The notes under the pieces were generated by a model that did not search any database, was not told the origin of the DNA, and saw nothing but the letters and a program-made list of their open reading frames with translations. A program made the position numbers and the translations under genes. This document shows positions 11,275 to 20,558 of a stretch of DNA of 64,000 bases, one piece after another; positions within the stretch are counted from its first letter, which is position 1; each line of letters starts with the position of its first letter. The DNA comes from a virus. Taxonomy: Duplodnaviria > Caudoviricetes. The stretch is from positions 1 to 64,000 of the IMG/VR virus record IMGVR_UViG_2841817361_000001, one strand, 5' to 3'.

Positions 11275-11684
11275 CAGTTTAAGTATATTTTATTTTTATT
11301 TTCATCAAACTTATATATCCTAATTCTATAATCTGATTTATTAAATATTCTACCTATCCATTTTCGTGGAATTTCTTCCCAGTAAATTATTTCATTATCT
11401 TTATTTAATGCATTAATAGGATTAACTTTTATTAACTCTACATTTTTATTTTCTTGAATCTTTGGATGTATTTTCTTACCCAGTAACTTTTGTATAGCTT
11501 CTTTAAGAATAGCTGTTTTATTGGACTCTTTAGTAAGCTCATAACTAAGATTCTCATTTATTTTCTTTTCCTGTTGGATTTTTTCAACAGTTTCTTTAAC
11601 GTCTTCTGGTAGCCCTGTAGTATCTATTTGATTAATGTTTGCAAAGGCTAAACATCCTATTAATAATGCAATTAATGTCTTCAT
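11274..11684 (-). CDS. Secreted or membrane protein in the lysis cassette
   Basis: N-terminal signal-like segment. Confidence 0.5.
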   Translation of the reverse strand: MKTLIALLIGCLAFANINQIDTTGLPEDVKETVEKIQQEKKINENLSYELTKESNKTAILKEAIQKLLGKKIHPKIQENKNVELIKVNPINALNKDNEIIYWEEIPRKWIGRIFNKSDYRIRIYKFDENKNKIYLN

Positions 11685-11686
11685 GG

Positions 11687-12097
11687 TTATTGTCTTTGTA
11701 AATTTGCTGTATATTGCTCAAGATCTTTATTAAATTGTTTTTGAATTAGTAATGCTTTTCGCTTTTCATCATTTGTACTGGCAAGACTTTTACTTATGTT
11801 TTCAAATAATTTTCTATATTTTTCAATTTCTTCCGTACAATCTTTATTTTGAGCTTTTTCAAGCTTTTTTGTAAGTTCATTCTTCTCTTTATTTAATTGA
11901 TTAATCTGCCAATTTTTATTGGAAAACATCTCTTTATCTTTAGTATTAGCTTGATATTCTCCCCTCATTCTTTGCCATTCACCATAGTATGCCCCAGAAA
12001 TAATTAAGAAACTTACAAACACGAATTTACCATATGGTTTCATCCAAAAGACTCTAATCCATTCAAGTGAAGATTTTATTATATTTACTACAGGCAT
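11687..12097 (-). CDS. Single-TM coiled-coil protein; holin/antiholin candidate
   Basis: One TM segment, then coiled coil; in the lysis cassette. Confidence 0.45.
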   Translation of the reverse strand: MPVVNIIKSSLEWIRVFWMKPYGKFVFVSFLIISGAYYGEWQRMRGEYQANTKDKEMFSNKNWQINQLNKEKNELTKKLEKAQNKDCTEEIEKYRKLFENISKSLASTNDEKRKALLIQKQFNKDLEQYTANLQRQ

Positions 12098-12309
12098 TAT
12101 ATTTATATTATCTGCTTATTATTCTGGTCTGTTTTTATCTTTCCAAGCAATTTCTCTATATGGTATTAATTCTGGACGTTTATCAATATATTCCCAATCT
12201 GCTTTTATCATAGGATTTAAACCTCTTTTTATTACGTATTGTTCATTTTCTAGTATTGTTAAAATTATATTCTTACTTGATGTTTCTATTGAAATATATT
12301 TAATCATTA

Positions 12310-15210
12310 TTATTGCGTTTTAAAGTTTAACCAAAATGTTTTGTCACTACCTGCTGTACTTGATCTTACGTAAGCTGATGTTGAGTTAGTATAAATAATG
12401 AATGTTAGTTCATTAATTGTAATAACACCACCATACTCTGGAGTAAATGGTAGCGTTATTCCAGAATTAACATTCGCTTCATTGAATGTTAGAGTACCTG
12501 CCAAAGCTATCTGCTTACCAATTGTACTATATGAAGCTTTTGAATAAGTAATAGCTCCATTATTAGGAATTACCCAATCTCCACTTGACTCTTTTAAAAA
12601 CTCTTGCCATATAGGAGATGAAGAGGTACCAGTATTAATTTCAGCAGTATTACTAGTAGTATTATAATATATAAATCCTTTTGGTGCAGCATCTGGTCTA
12701 GTAAATAAACTCCCATGTCTAGGGTTATATATCCATTCAGGGACTCTTATATCAGAATCTACAAGAAATTTCACACTATGTATTACTAATGTTTTTCCTG
12801 ATTGTACAGATTCTGGATACACATAAAGTGTACCTCCGCCTGAGTCATCTTTACCTGTAATAGGTATATATAAATAATTTCTATTAAGATCTGGCGCATT
12901 CTGACTTAACGGGTATACTCTATTAACACCTCTTGTATATGGTGTCCTATCTGTATCTAGGGCATACAATTTAAAACCTGCATCTCTAGTTACTCCACTA
13001 ACTCCAGTGAGTGAATACTCTACTACTATAAAACCTCTGTTATTAATACCATGAAAACTAGCATAATCATCTTGTCTAACAGTAATTTGAAAAGCACAGC
13101 CAAATTTACCATTATCAGTATCTATAGCTACAGTAGATGAATCTCTATCACAATCAAACCATTCTTTAGGTATTGTATACCCTGTACCAGATGGTTGTGT
13201 TGCAACATATGCAGTTATTTCATCTATTGTCATTAAACTATTAAGTGGTACATAGAATAAATTTTGACCTGCTGTTCTTGAAGCTTTTGCTGGAGAGAAA
13301 TATTCTAACACATTTTTATACTGTTTTGAAACTACAGAATCTACATTTACTTGATTTGGATATATATCATACTTATTATCAACTCCTTTATCAACCATAT
13401 ACTTGAATCCATCAATCATTACTGAATTCAATCTAGAAAATTTACCTAGATAATATGCTACATTAGATCTAGGTGGGCTGACATAATTTAAATCCCATGT
13501 TATACCTAATCTAAATCCTCCACATCTAATAGCCTGAAATATCCTTTGATCATTACCTTGTCTAGCATCTATTTGAATTATAACACCATTCCAATCATGT
13601 TCAGAAACATCATAATCTGTAAATATAGAAATATAAGAACCTGTCTTATTTGCAATAGATCCTTTAAAAACACTTTGATTAAACCATCCTCCATCCCTGG
13701 TTATTATTTCAACACCTCTCCAACCTAACATATCTCCAAGATATACCTGAGGATTTATGATTCTACCAGAATTCCATCCTTCATATACTTCAAATCGATA
13801 AGATATATTATATTCGCAATAAGAACTACCTATATCAACCCAAATGTTATTTCCATTCTTTTGATAATATCTTTTATTAGTGAAATCATTATAGTAATCC
13901 AGAGGATTACCAATACTATTACTAGGAATACCATCACCGCTTAAATCTCTTGTATCAGGAATCCAATTATAGTCTTGTGTTCCGCCAACCGTTATTAAAT
14001 CAATATTATTATTAGTAGCCATATCTAAAATTCTATAGCCAGTACCTTTCATATATATACCAATGGTATATTTTGACATTATTAGTGATAAAGTTCCTCT
14101 ACCTGAAATTCTAGCAGCTACAGAAGAAATATTTATAGCTTGCTTAGTGGCATCAGTATGGATATATTGATTTGGTTGTAAAGTTAGAATCGGTTTATTA
14201 ATTATTTGAGGACTACCTAATAAAGATGTTTCAGGATCTTGTGTTACAATAATATTTCCATCTCCATTCATAAAAGCAAATATTACAGTTTTATCACAAA
14301 GCTCTAAATGCATTTTATCCTTTATAAAAACTGTATTATTAATTCTATAACATCCTGCCTGTAATGAAACTTTTCCTTTAGATAACAAAGAAAAATCCAA
14401 TGCTTTATTTATAGCTTCCGAACTATCAATTAATTCATTTACTTTTGATGGAGGTTTCGAAGCTATTGGTGTTATAGCATCATTTTCAATAGGGTTTAAC
14501 ATTTCACTTTTTGCTCCAAACCATTCTGAATATACATTGTCATTAATAAAATATCCATCAAATGATAAATTAGAATAAAATATTTTATTTAAGGGAGCAT
14601 CAATAACTGTTTTATTACCTATAATAATTCCATTAGAAAGTGTACCTCCTATAAATTTTAATGTTACATTGTCAGGTATATTAATTGTTTCTCCATTTAA
14701 ATCATAATCATATCTTATTTCATGAATAGTATTAGGTTTTATCATTGAAGATGTTAATATATTTACACCTTCATTAATATTTTTCCTAAGAATTGAATTA
14801 CCTAAACCACTAAAATTGTTTGGATTATAAGTTCTATCTTTAAGTTTAATTACATTTATACCACTCTCACTTACAGATGTTAAATCTTCATAGTCTGGAT
14901 TATTATTACCTGCACTACCAACAAAGTTCTTTACTTGTTCATTTAATTTATTTAAACCTATAGATTCATCATCTAATCCTCCAGCTTTTACATCTGATAA
15001 CATACCGTCTAGAATATTCCCTTGTCTAGCTGATAATATTCTTTTAGGATCTGTACTTTCTAATGAATCTTCTATTTTTACATTTTCATCAACAATTTGA
15101 AATTCAAGATCTTCATATTTTATATTTTTTACACAACCATCTTGATTCAACATAAGTTGATCTTTAGGTAATAAATTTGAAATTGTATCTGTATCTTTTA
15201 TACTTCCCAT
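12310..15210 (-). CDS. Tail spike / receptor-binding protein with a probable beta-helix domain
   Basis: 966 aa; LSARQG, IRYDYDLNG..I.IP.NVTLKFIGG, EWFGA and DSSEAINKA motifs typical of Bacteroidota phage spikes. Confidence 0.75.
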   Translation of the reverse strand: MGSIKDTDTISNLLPKDQLMLNQDGCVKNIKYEDLEFQIVDENVKIEDSLESTDPKRILSARQGNILDGMLSDVKAGGLDDESIGLNKLNEQVKNFVGSAGNNNPDYEDLTSVSESGINVIKLKDRTYNPNNFSGLGNSILRKNINEGVNILTSSMIKPNTIHEIRYDYDLNGETINIPDNVTLKFIGGTLSNGIIIGNKTVIDAPLNKIFYSNLSFDGYFINDNVYSEWFGAKSEMLNPIENDAITPIASKPPSKVNELIDSSEAINKALDFSLLSKGKVSLQAGCYRINNTVFIKDKMHLELCDKTVIFAFMNGDGNIIVTQDPETSLLGSPQIINKPILTLQPNQYIHTDATKQAINISSVAARISGRGTLSLIMSKYTIGIYMKGTGYRILDMATNNNIDLITVGGTQDYNWIPDTRDLSGDGIPSNSIGNPLDYYNDFTNKRYYQKNGNNIWVDIGSSYCEYNISYRFEVYEGWNSGRIINPQVYLGDMLGWRGVEIITRDGGWFNQSVFKGSIANKTGSYISIFTDYDVSEHDWNGVIIQIDARQGNDQRIFQAIRCGGFRLGITWDLNYVSPPRSNVAYYLGKFSRLNSVMIDGFKYMVDKGVDNKYDIYPNQVNVDSVVSKQYKNVLEYFSPAKASRTAGQNLFYVPLNSLMTIDEITAYVATQPSGTGYTIPKEWFDCDRDSSTVAIDTDNGKFGCAFQITVRQDDYASFHGINNRGFIVVEYSLTGVSGVTRDAGFKLYALDTDRTPYTRGVNRVYPLSQNAPDLNRNYLYIPITGKDDSGGGTLYVYPESVQSGKTLVIHSVKFLVDSDIRVPEWIYNPRHGSLFTRPDAAPKGFIYYNTTSNTAEINTGTSSSPIWQEFLKESSGDWVIPNNGAITYSKASYSTIGKQIALAGTLTFNEANVNSGITLPFTPEYGGVITINELTFIIYTNSTSAYVRSSTAGSDKTFWLNFKTQ

Positions 15211-15222
15211 TTTTTATATCTA

Positions 15223-17100
15223 TTATGATGCTGATTTAAATACCTGCCATGAATTGTTTATAAAATAAATACTATATCTACCTCTTATAGTTAAATTTAT
15301 TGATGTACTTGTAGATGAATCAAATGTTATATTCTTTGTTGAATTTAAAGTAACTGTGTTACCATCTAGTTTTAACAATGTTATCTCCATACTATAAATA
15401 GATTCAGTTAAACTAGGCAGTACTAATGTAGTATTTGCATTACTATGTGTTATTAAGCCTGTATTAGGTTGAATAGTTACAGTTCCTGATGATGTTACAT
15501 TAATGCCTGAATGATATATAGAAGTTACTAGAAGTTTATCTATATATCCTCCATACATTTTAGAATCTAAATCTGTTTTTCCTTCGATATTTTCTCCTGC
15601 AATACCAACAAACTTATCTCTAAATCCGCCTGGATTACCACCAGATTTATTATAATAACCAGAAATAGCTGCATTACCGGTTTGTACACTTCCAATATCG
15701 CCACCTAGATACTTTGTTGCAAAACCAATGTCAAATGCAGAAGAAAGTATACCATTAGTTCCAATTCCAGCAGAAGAAATAATAGTGTTTGATGAAGTTC
15801 TTCCTGTTACATTTATAAATGCACCATTAACATATTCAGTACTTCCAGAATTCAATGACGTCAATCGTATTGCTGGACTTACTAAATCACCTGAATAAAA
15901 TGACAATGAATTATCAGACTCATTTATTTCTAATCTTGTTCCTGAGTCATTTGTTCTAAGGTTTCTAACTCCTAGGTTTTCAATATATGCTGTTTCTGCT
16001 AAAAATAATCCTGTCGCTACAAAATCATAAGTTCTATCTGCAAGTTTCCAATATTGTTCATTAGTTGGCAAAGTGCCAATAGGAATATTACCGGATGTTT
16101 CTTTGCTTACATACCATACTCCACTATACTTTACAGCTTCAACTCTTTTAGAAGTACCAATATATTGTGCAGTACTAGTCCAGTTTCCTCTTGATGCTAA
16201 ATATAAATCTGATACAGGACCAGGATCTCCCTTTTCTCCTTTTATTTTATTAATATTCCATTCTCCCCAATTACCATTTGATAGTTTTCGTATTGCCATC
16301 CATATAGAATCTTCTCGTCCTTCATTATACCAATTTTCAGGATTTAAAGTTGGGCTTCCTGGATTATTAACCACTGATGAAAATTCAAAGTCTATATCGG
16401 GTGTATCAGATGCTAATCTTGGAGTTGTCCAAAATTGTTGCTGTGGAGACTGCCCATTTAGAGTAAATATTCTAGTACTCATATAAATAGGGTTTGTTCC
16501 TGATGGAATTCCATCTGACCATCCTGATGTTGATGGTATTGGAGTATTCCAATTTCCTCCTGTTGGAGTTGATGGTATTATAGTACTTCTTATAAACGCA
16601 ATTGATTTAAATGAAGGATTCCCATTTGTACCATTCATACCATCAATTCCAGCTTTCACTTTAGATAGTACATATGTGCTGTTTAATGGACTATTACCAT
16701 CTTTATTAGCAGTAATATCAACTCTTGCAGCATCTTGATTTAAACTATTTACATCAATATCACCAGTATTTGAATCTATACTTCCTACACAGTTAATAAA
16801 TGAAGCATTATATGTCCATCCATTATCTATATTTGAACCTAAATAAACTGTGGCTTTTGTTGATGGTATTTCTCCAGTTATTTCACCAGTGTTTTTTGCT
16901 GGTAATAATGCAAATTCTTTACTTAACTTTACTGTGTAATTATTAGATTCTTTGCTTTTAACTTTTCTTTTAACACCATTATCATCAGTAATAAAAACTT
17001 CACAAGAATCATTATCAAATGGTACAATGTATTGAGAACTAGGTTTAGTAGCCTCATTCTCATTACGGATTATCTCAACATTTTTAAATTGTTTCATCAA
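15223..17100 (-). CDS. Tail fibre protein
   Basis: Collagen-like GIDGMNGTNG and GEKGDPGP; PTGG, WSDGIP, IWMA and VATGLFLAE motifs. Confidence 0.75.
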   Translation of the reverse strand: MMKQFKNVEIIRNENEATKPSSQYIVPFDNDSCEVFITDDNGVKRKVKSKESNNYTVKLSKEFALLPAKNTGEITGEIPSTKATVYLGSNIDNGWTYNASFINCVGSIDSNTGDIDVNSLNQDAARVDITANKDGNSPLNSTYVLSKVKAGIDGMNGTNGNPSFKSIAFIRSTIIPSTPTGGNWNTPIPSTSGWSDGIPSGTNPIYMSTRIFTLNGQSPQQQFWTTPRLASDTPDIDFEFSSVVNNPGSPTLNPENWYNEGREDSIWMAIRKLSNGNWGEWNINKIKGEKGDPGPVSDLYLASRGNWTSTAQYIGTSKRVEAVKYSGVWYVSKETSGNIPIGTLPTNEQYWKLADRTYDFVATGLFLAETAYIENLGVRNLRTNDSGTRLEINESDNSLSFYSGDLVSPAIRLTSLNSGSTEYVNGAFINVTGRTSSNTIISSAGIGTNGILSSAFDIGFATKYLGGDIGSVQTGNAAISGYYNKSGGNPGGFRDKFVGIAGENIEGKTDLDSKMYGGYIDKLLVTSIYHSGINVTSSGTVTIQPNTGLITHSNANTTLVLPSLTESIYSMEITLLKLDGNTVTLNSTKNITFDSSTSTSINLTIRGRYSIYFINNSWQVFKSAS

Positions 17101-17116
17101 ATTTGTTTATCAGTTT

Positions 17117-17323
17117 TTATTCTGTCACTATATTTTCGGGAGTAAAACTTCCAATGCCTTCAAATGAATTTTCAATTACTTCACCAAGATCAATATCTCC
17201 AAATACAACATCTTTCAATAGATCTATTTTTGTTATTCTTCTTTGACATCCATCTATTAGAATGACAATCTCATCATTCATATCCATTTCAGAAACTTGT
17301 TCAGCAGTTGATACACTTCCCAT
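17117..17323 (-). CDS. Small protein paralogous to the tail spike N-terminus
   Basis: MGSVSTAEQVSEMDMNDEIVILIDGC vs MGSIKDTDTISNLLPKDQLMLNQDGC. Confidence 0.6.
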   Translation of the reverse strand: MGSVSTAEQVSEMDMNDEIVILIDGCQRRITKIDLLKDVVFGDIDLGEVIENSFEGIGSFTPENIVTE

Positions 17324-17352
17324 TTCTAGTATTATTTTACCTAAAAATAATT

Positions 17353-17745
17353 ATGCAGATAAATGAAATAGAGTTTGCTAAGCCCTTACCGTTTTCTGTA
17401 AAGTTCACTTTAGCACTTAAATTAACCAGGCAAAAATTCTATAAGGGGAGAACTTTAGAATCAGTTTTAATGGATTTAATTACTGACAGCAAGCCATCTG
17501 ATGAAGAAATACAGATACTTAATAGAGTTTTCAGATTTGGCCATAGTGGAAACCAAAAACAACAAAATATTAGAAGTTTTTTTGTTGAAGTATTCAATGA
17601 CGAAGATTATTTAGTTGATGTAATTAATAAAAAAGCTACATATAAAGCTTTTATCCCTTCTAAAACAGATAATGATTTAGTATCAAATACTCTTAATTCA
17701 ATATTCAACGAAACATTTAGCAAACTCGGTATTAATGGTGTGTAG
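17353..17745 (+). CDS. Hypothetical protein (ATG at 17353 preferred over 17308)
   Basis: ORF track; the 17353 start avoids overlap with the divergent gene. Confidence 0.55.
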   Translation: MQINEIEFAKPLPFSVKFTLALKLTRQKFYKGRTLESVLMDLITDSKPSDEEIQILNRVFRFGHSGNQKQQNIRSFFVEVFNDEDYLVDVINKKATYKAFIPSKTDNDLVSNTLNSIFNETFSKLGINGV

Positions 17746-17762
17746 GGCTATATTAGTCGTAC

Positions 17763-18332
17763 ATGGCAAAAAGACAATCTTTTACAGAACAAGCTAAAAG
17801 TGAAATGCCCTCTTTTATTAAGAAGGCAATAGATGACTTGTTGGATGTAATGGACAGCAATATTGTTTATCCTAAAAACAAGAATGGACAGGTTTTAGAA
17901 AATAAACTCCTAACTATTGTCAAAGCTAGGGAGGATGTTTACAATGAACTATGTGGATTAATGGATCTAATCAGTATTGATCAATCTTCTGACTCAAAAT
18001 ACAAATCAAAAATTATAAAGGGTTTAAAAACAACTTGGCATGAATTAACAAGAATTACATGTAGGAGTATTGGTGGTGAAAGTTCTGTTGACTTTACTAA
18101 TTATACCCAATATGATGATCCTGAAGAAGATTTAGAATGTTATGGTTCACGTCAGTTAACATCTGATGATAATCTTTCATCAATTGCAAAATCAAAAGGG
18201 CTTTCAGCTAGAGTTGCAACTAAAATAATCGAACGAATAGAATTACTAGAAGATAAGGAATCAGTACAAAGGCAAAAGATTGAAAATAAGAAAATAGGAG
18301 GAATACCAGAACGTTTTGCAAAAGTTAGATAA
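17763..18332 (+). CDS. Putative terminase small subunit
   Basis: Helical 189-aa protein overlapping the large terminase start; call based on position. Confidence 0.45.
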   Translation: MAKRQSFTEQAKSEMPSFIKKAIDDLLDVMDSNIVYPKNKNGQVLENKLLTIVKAREDVYNELCGLMDLISIDQSSDSKYKSKIIKGLKTTWHELTRITCRSIGGESSVDFTNYTQYDDPEEDLECYGSRQLTSDDNLSSIAKSKGLSARVATKIIERIELLEDKESVQRQKIENKKIGGIPERFAKVR

Positions 18333-20553
18333 ATCATATAGAAAAAGTATACATCGCATTGTCCATAACTATATTCCTGATAATGTTATTAAAAAAAGGA
18401 ATAAAGAAAAGTCATGGGATTATGGCTACCATCCTATTGAAGATATGGTTGTCATTTCTAAAGATGGTACTATAGGACAAGTTATTGAAATTAATGATTT
18501 ACTAATTGCATTACCTTCACAATATATCAATATTAGGAATGAACTTGTTAAAGCACAAAACCAAAAATGGGAACGATATGAAGTGCCTACTGATTTAAAA
18601 GATTTTGACACTTTATATAATGAAGATAGTGCATCTTATGAACAAGCATTAGAAGATATTTATAATATCCATGAAGACTTTATTATTAATGATTACAAAA
18701 GAATTAGTGATGGTGATTGGATTTATATAGATGGTGAAGCTGTATACATACCAGGAGGTTATTACTTCTTCTTACAACATTATTTGTTGGTATCAGAAAA
18801 ATATCCAGACTACAGAGAACCTCAAAGAGATTATTTTATATGGTTAGAAGCTTGTTATGCAGACAATAGATGTTTGGGAAGTCTTTTCTTGAAATCAAGA
18901 CGTTTTTCTTTTTCTACTTCTGCTGGTAGTGAATTGTTAAGAGATGCTATTATTACTGTAAATGGATTTTATCCAATTGTATCTAAAAAGGATGATGATG
19001 CAAGTACATTATTTTCTCAGCACATTGTTAGACCTTTAATAAAACTCCCAAAACATTTACAGCCAAAGAGAAGTGGCGAGGCTAATCCTAAGAAGGAATT
19101 ATATTTTGGCACTGTTCAAAGAAAAATGACTGTTAATAATAAAGGGGTTAATAGTGATACTGGTCTTAATACAAAGATTAAACCTTATGCAACTACCGTT
19201 GATGCTTATGATGGTACACAGGTTACAAAATCTATCAATGATGAAATAGGTAAAATGAAAGGTAATCTTGATATTAATGAATATTGGGATCAAGCTCATA
19301 AAATGTGCCATATTATTGGTAGTAGAGTTGTTGGAAAAGCAATATGTGGTTCAACAGCTAACCCACCTAATAAAGGTGGAAAGAACTATGAAATATTCTA
19401 TAACAATTCTAAATTATCAACTAGAGATAAAACTGGAAAAACTTTAACTGGTCTTTATGCAATATTTATTGCTGCTGATTATTCTTTAATGGGATTCTTT
19501 GATGAATATGGTTATGTTATATATCATGACCCAAAGGAACCAATAAAAAATGAATTAGGTGAAATAGTAGCAATTGGATCAAAAACATACTTAGACGCAC
19601 AAGAAAACTCGTGTGGCGATGATATACAAAAACTAAATTCACAAAAACGTAATAACCCACGAGTTGATACTGATGCTTTTCTGGATGAAGATGCTTCTTC
19701 TATGTATGGAACACCAGGGGTTATAGATAGAATTCATGTCATAAGAGACTTTAAAAAAACAGAAGCGTATAAAGAACAATATTTCAACTTTAATTTAGTT
19801 TGGAGAAATGGTATTAAAGATACAGAGGTTGATATTGTTAGATGTGATGAAGGGAGATTTACAGCATGTTGGCTTCCTCCGGTTAGTGAACGCAACAAGT
19901 TTAAATTAGTAAATGGGAGAAAAGAACCAGTCAATAGTCATTATGGTTCGTGGTCTTGTGACCCCTATCAAGTTTCAAAGGTTGTTTTTGGTAAAGGTTC
20001 AAAACAGGCTTTGGGGTTATTAACTAAAGAAGGAAATGAAGGTGTTCCAGACAATACATTAGCTGTTTATTATAACTACCGTCCAGAAAGTGTTGACACT
20101 GCTGAAGAAGATGTGATAAAAGCAATTGTATTTTTCAGTATTCCAATTCTAGTAGAAATAAATAAAGATTCTTTAGTAAAGAAATTATATGACAGAGGAT
20201 ATAGAGGTTATTCACTAGAAAATCCATTAAAGAAAAGAAGCGAGTTATCCGATACTGAAAAAAAATATGGTGGTATTCATGCTGTTGAGAAGAATATAAA
20301 AGAAATGGAAACTTTTCTTGAAACATATTTAGTCAATAATCTTACTATTGATATAGATGAAAAGGATCTTAAAATTGGAATATTAGAGGTTCTTGAAAGC
20401 CTTACAACTTATTCTACTGATACTCGTAAAAAACATGATATAGTTGCCATGCTTCAAATGGCTGTAATAGCTAACTCTAAGCTTAATAAAAAGAAGGAAA
20501 TACCTAAGCAAACTCATTATGAAGACATCTATGGTTATTTTAAAGTAGGTTAA
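18316..20553 (+). CDS. terL: Terminase large subunit
   Basis: KSRRFSFS Walker A variant, INDEIGK Walker B, GSTA coupling motif, SCDPY nuclease motif, C-terminal HD. Confidence 0.9.
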   Translation: MQKLDKSYRKSIHRIVHNYIPDNVIKKRNKEKSWDYGYHPIEDMVVISKDGTIGQVIEINDLLIALPSQYINIRNELVKAQNQKWERYEVPTDLKDFDTLYNEDSASYEQALEDIYNIHEDFIINDYKRISDGDWIYIDGEAVYIPGGYYFFLQHYLLVSEKYPDYREPQRDYFIWLEACYADNRCLGSLFLKSRRFSFSTSAGSELLRDAIITVNGFYPIVSKKDDDASTLFSQHIVRPLIKLPKHLQPKRSGEANPKKELYFGTVQRKMTVNNKGVNSDTGLNTKIKPYATTVDAYDGTQVTKSINDEIGKMKGNLDINEYWDQAHKMCHIIGSRVVGKAICGSTANPPNKGGKNYEIFYNNSKLSTRDKTGKTLTGLYAIFIAADYSLMGFFDEYGYVIYHDPKEPIKNELGEIVAIGSKTYLDAQENSCGDDIQKLNSQKRNNPRVDTDAFLDEDASSMYGTPGVIDRIHVIRDFKKTEAYKEQYFNFNLVWRNGIKDTEVDIVRCDEGRFTACWLPPVSERNKFKLVNGRKEPVNSHYGSWSCDPYQVSKVVFGKGSKQALGLLTKEGNEGVPDNTLAVYYNYRPESVDTAEEDVIKAIVFFSIPILVEINKDSLVKKLYDRGYRGYSLENPLKKRSELSDTEKKYGGIHAVEKNIKEMETFLETYLVNNLTIDIDEKDLKIGILEVLESLTTYSTDTRKKHDIVAMLQMAVIANSKLNKKKEIPKQTHYEDIYGYFKVG

Positions 20554-20558
20554 AAGTC

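Noticed and set aside
12310-17100. Tail fibre and spike genes as DGR targets
   Set aside because: No TR-like sequence (ttctcgttc...tcg...tgc) found on either strand by eye
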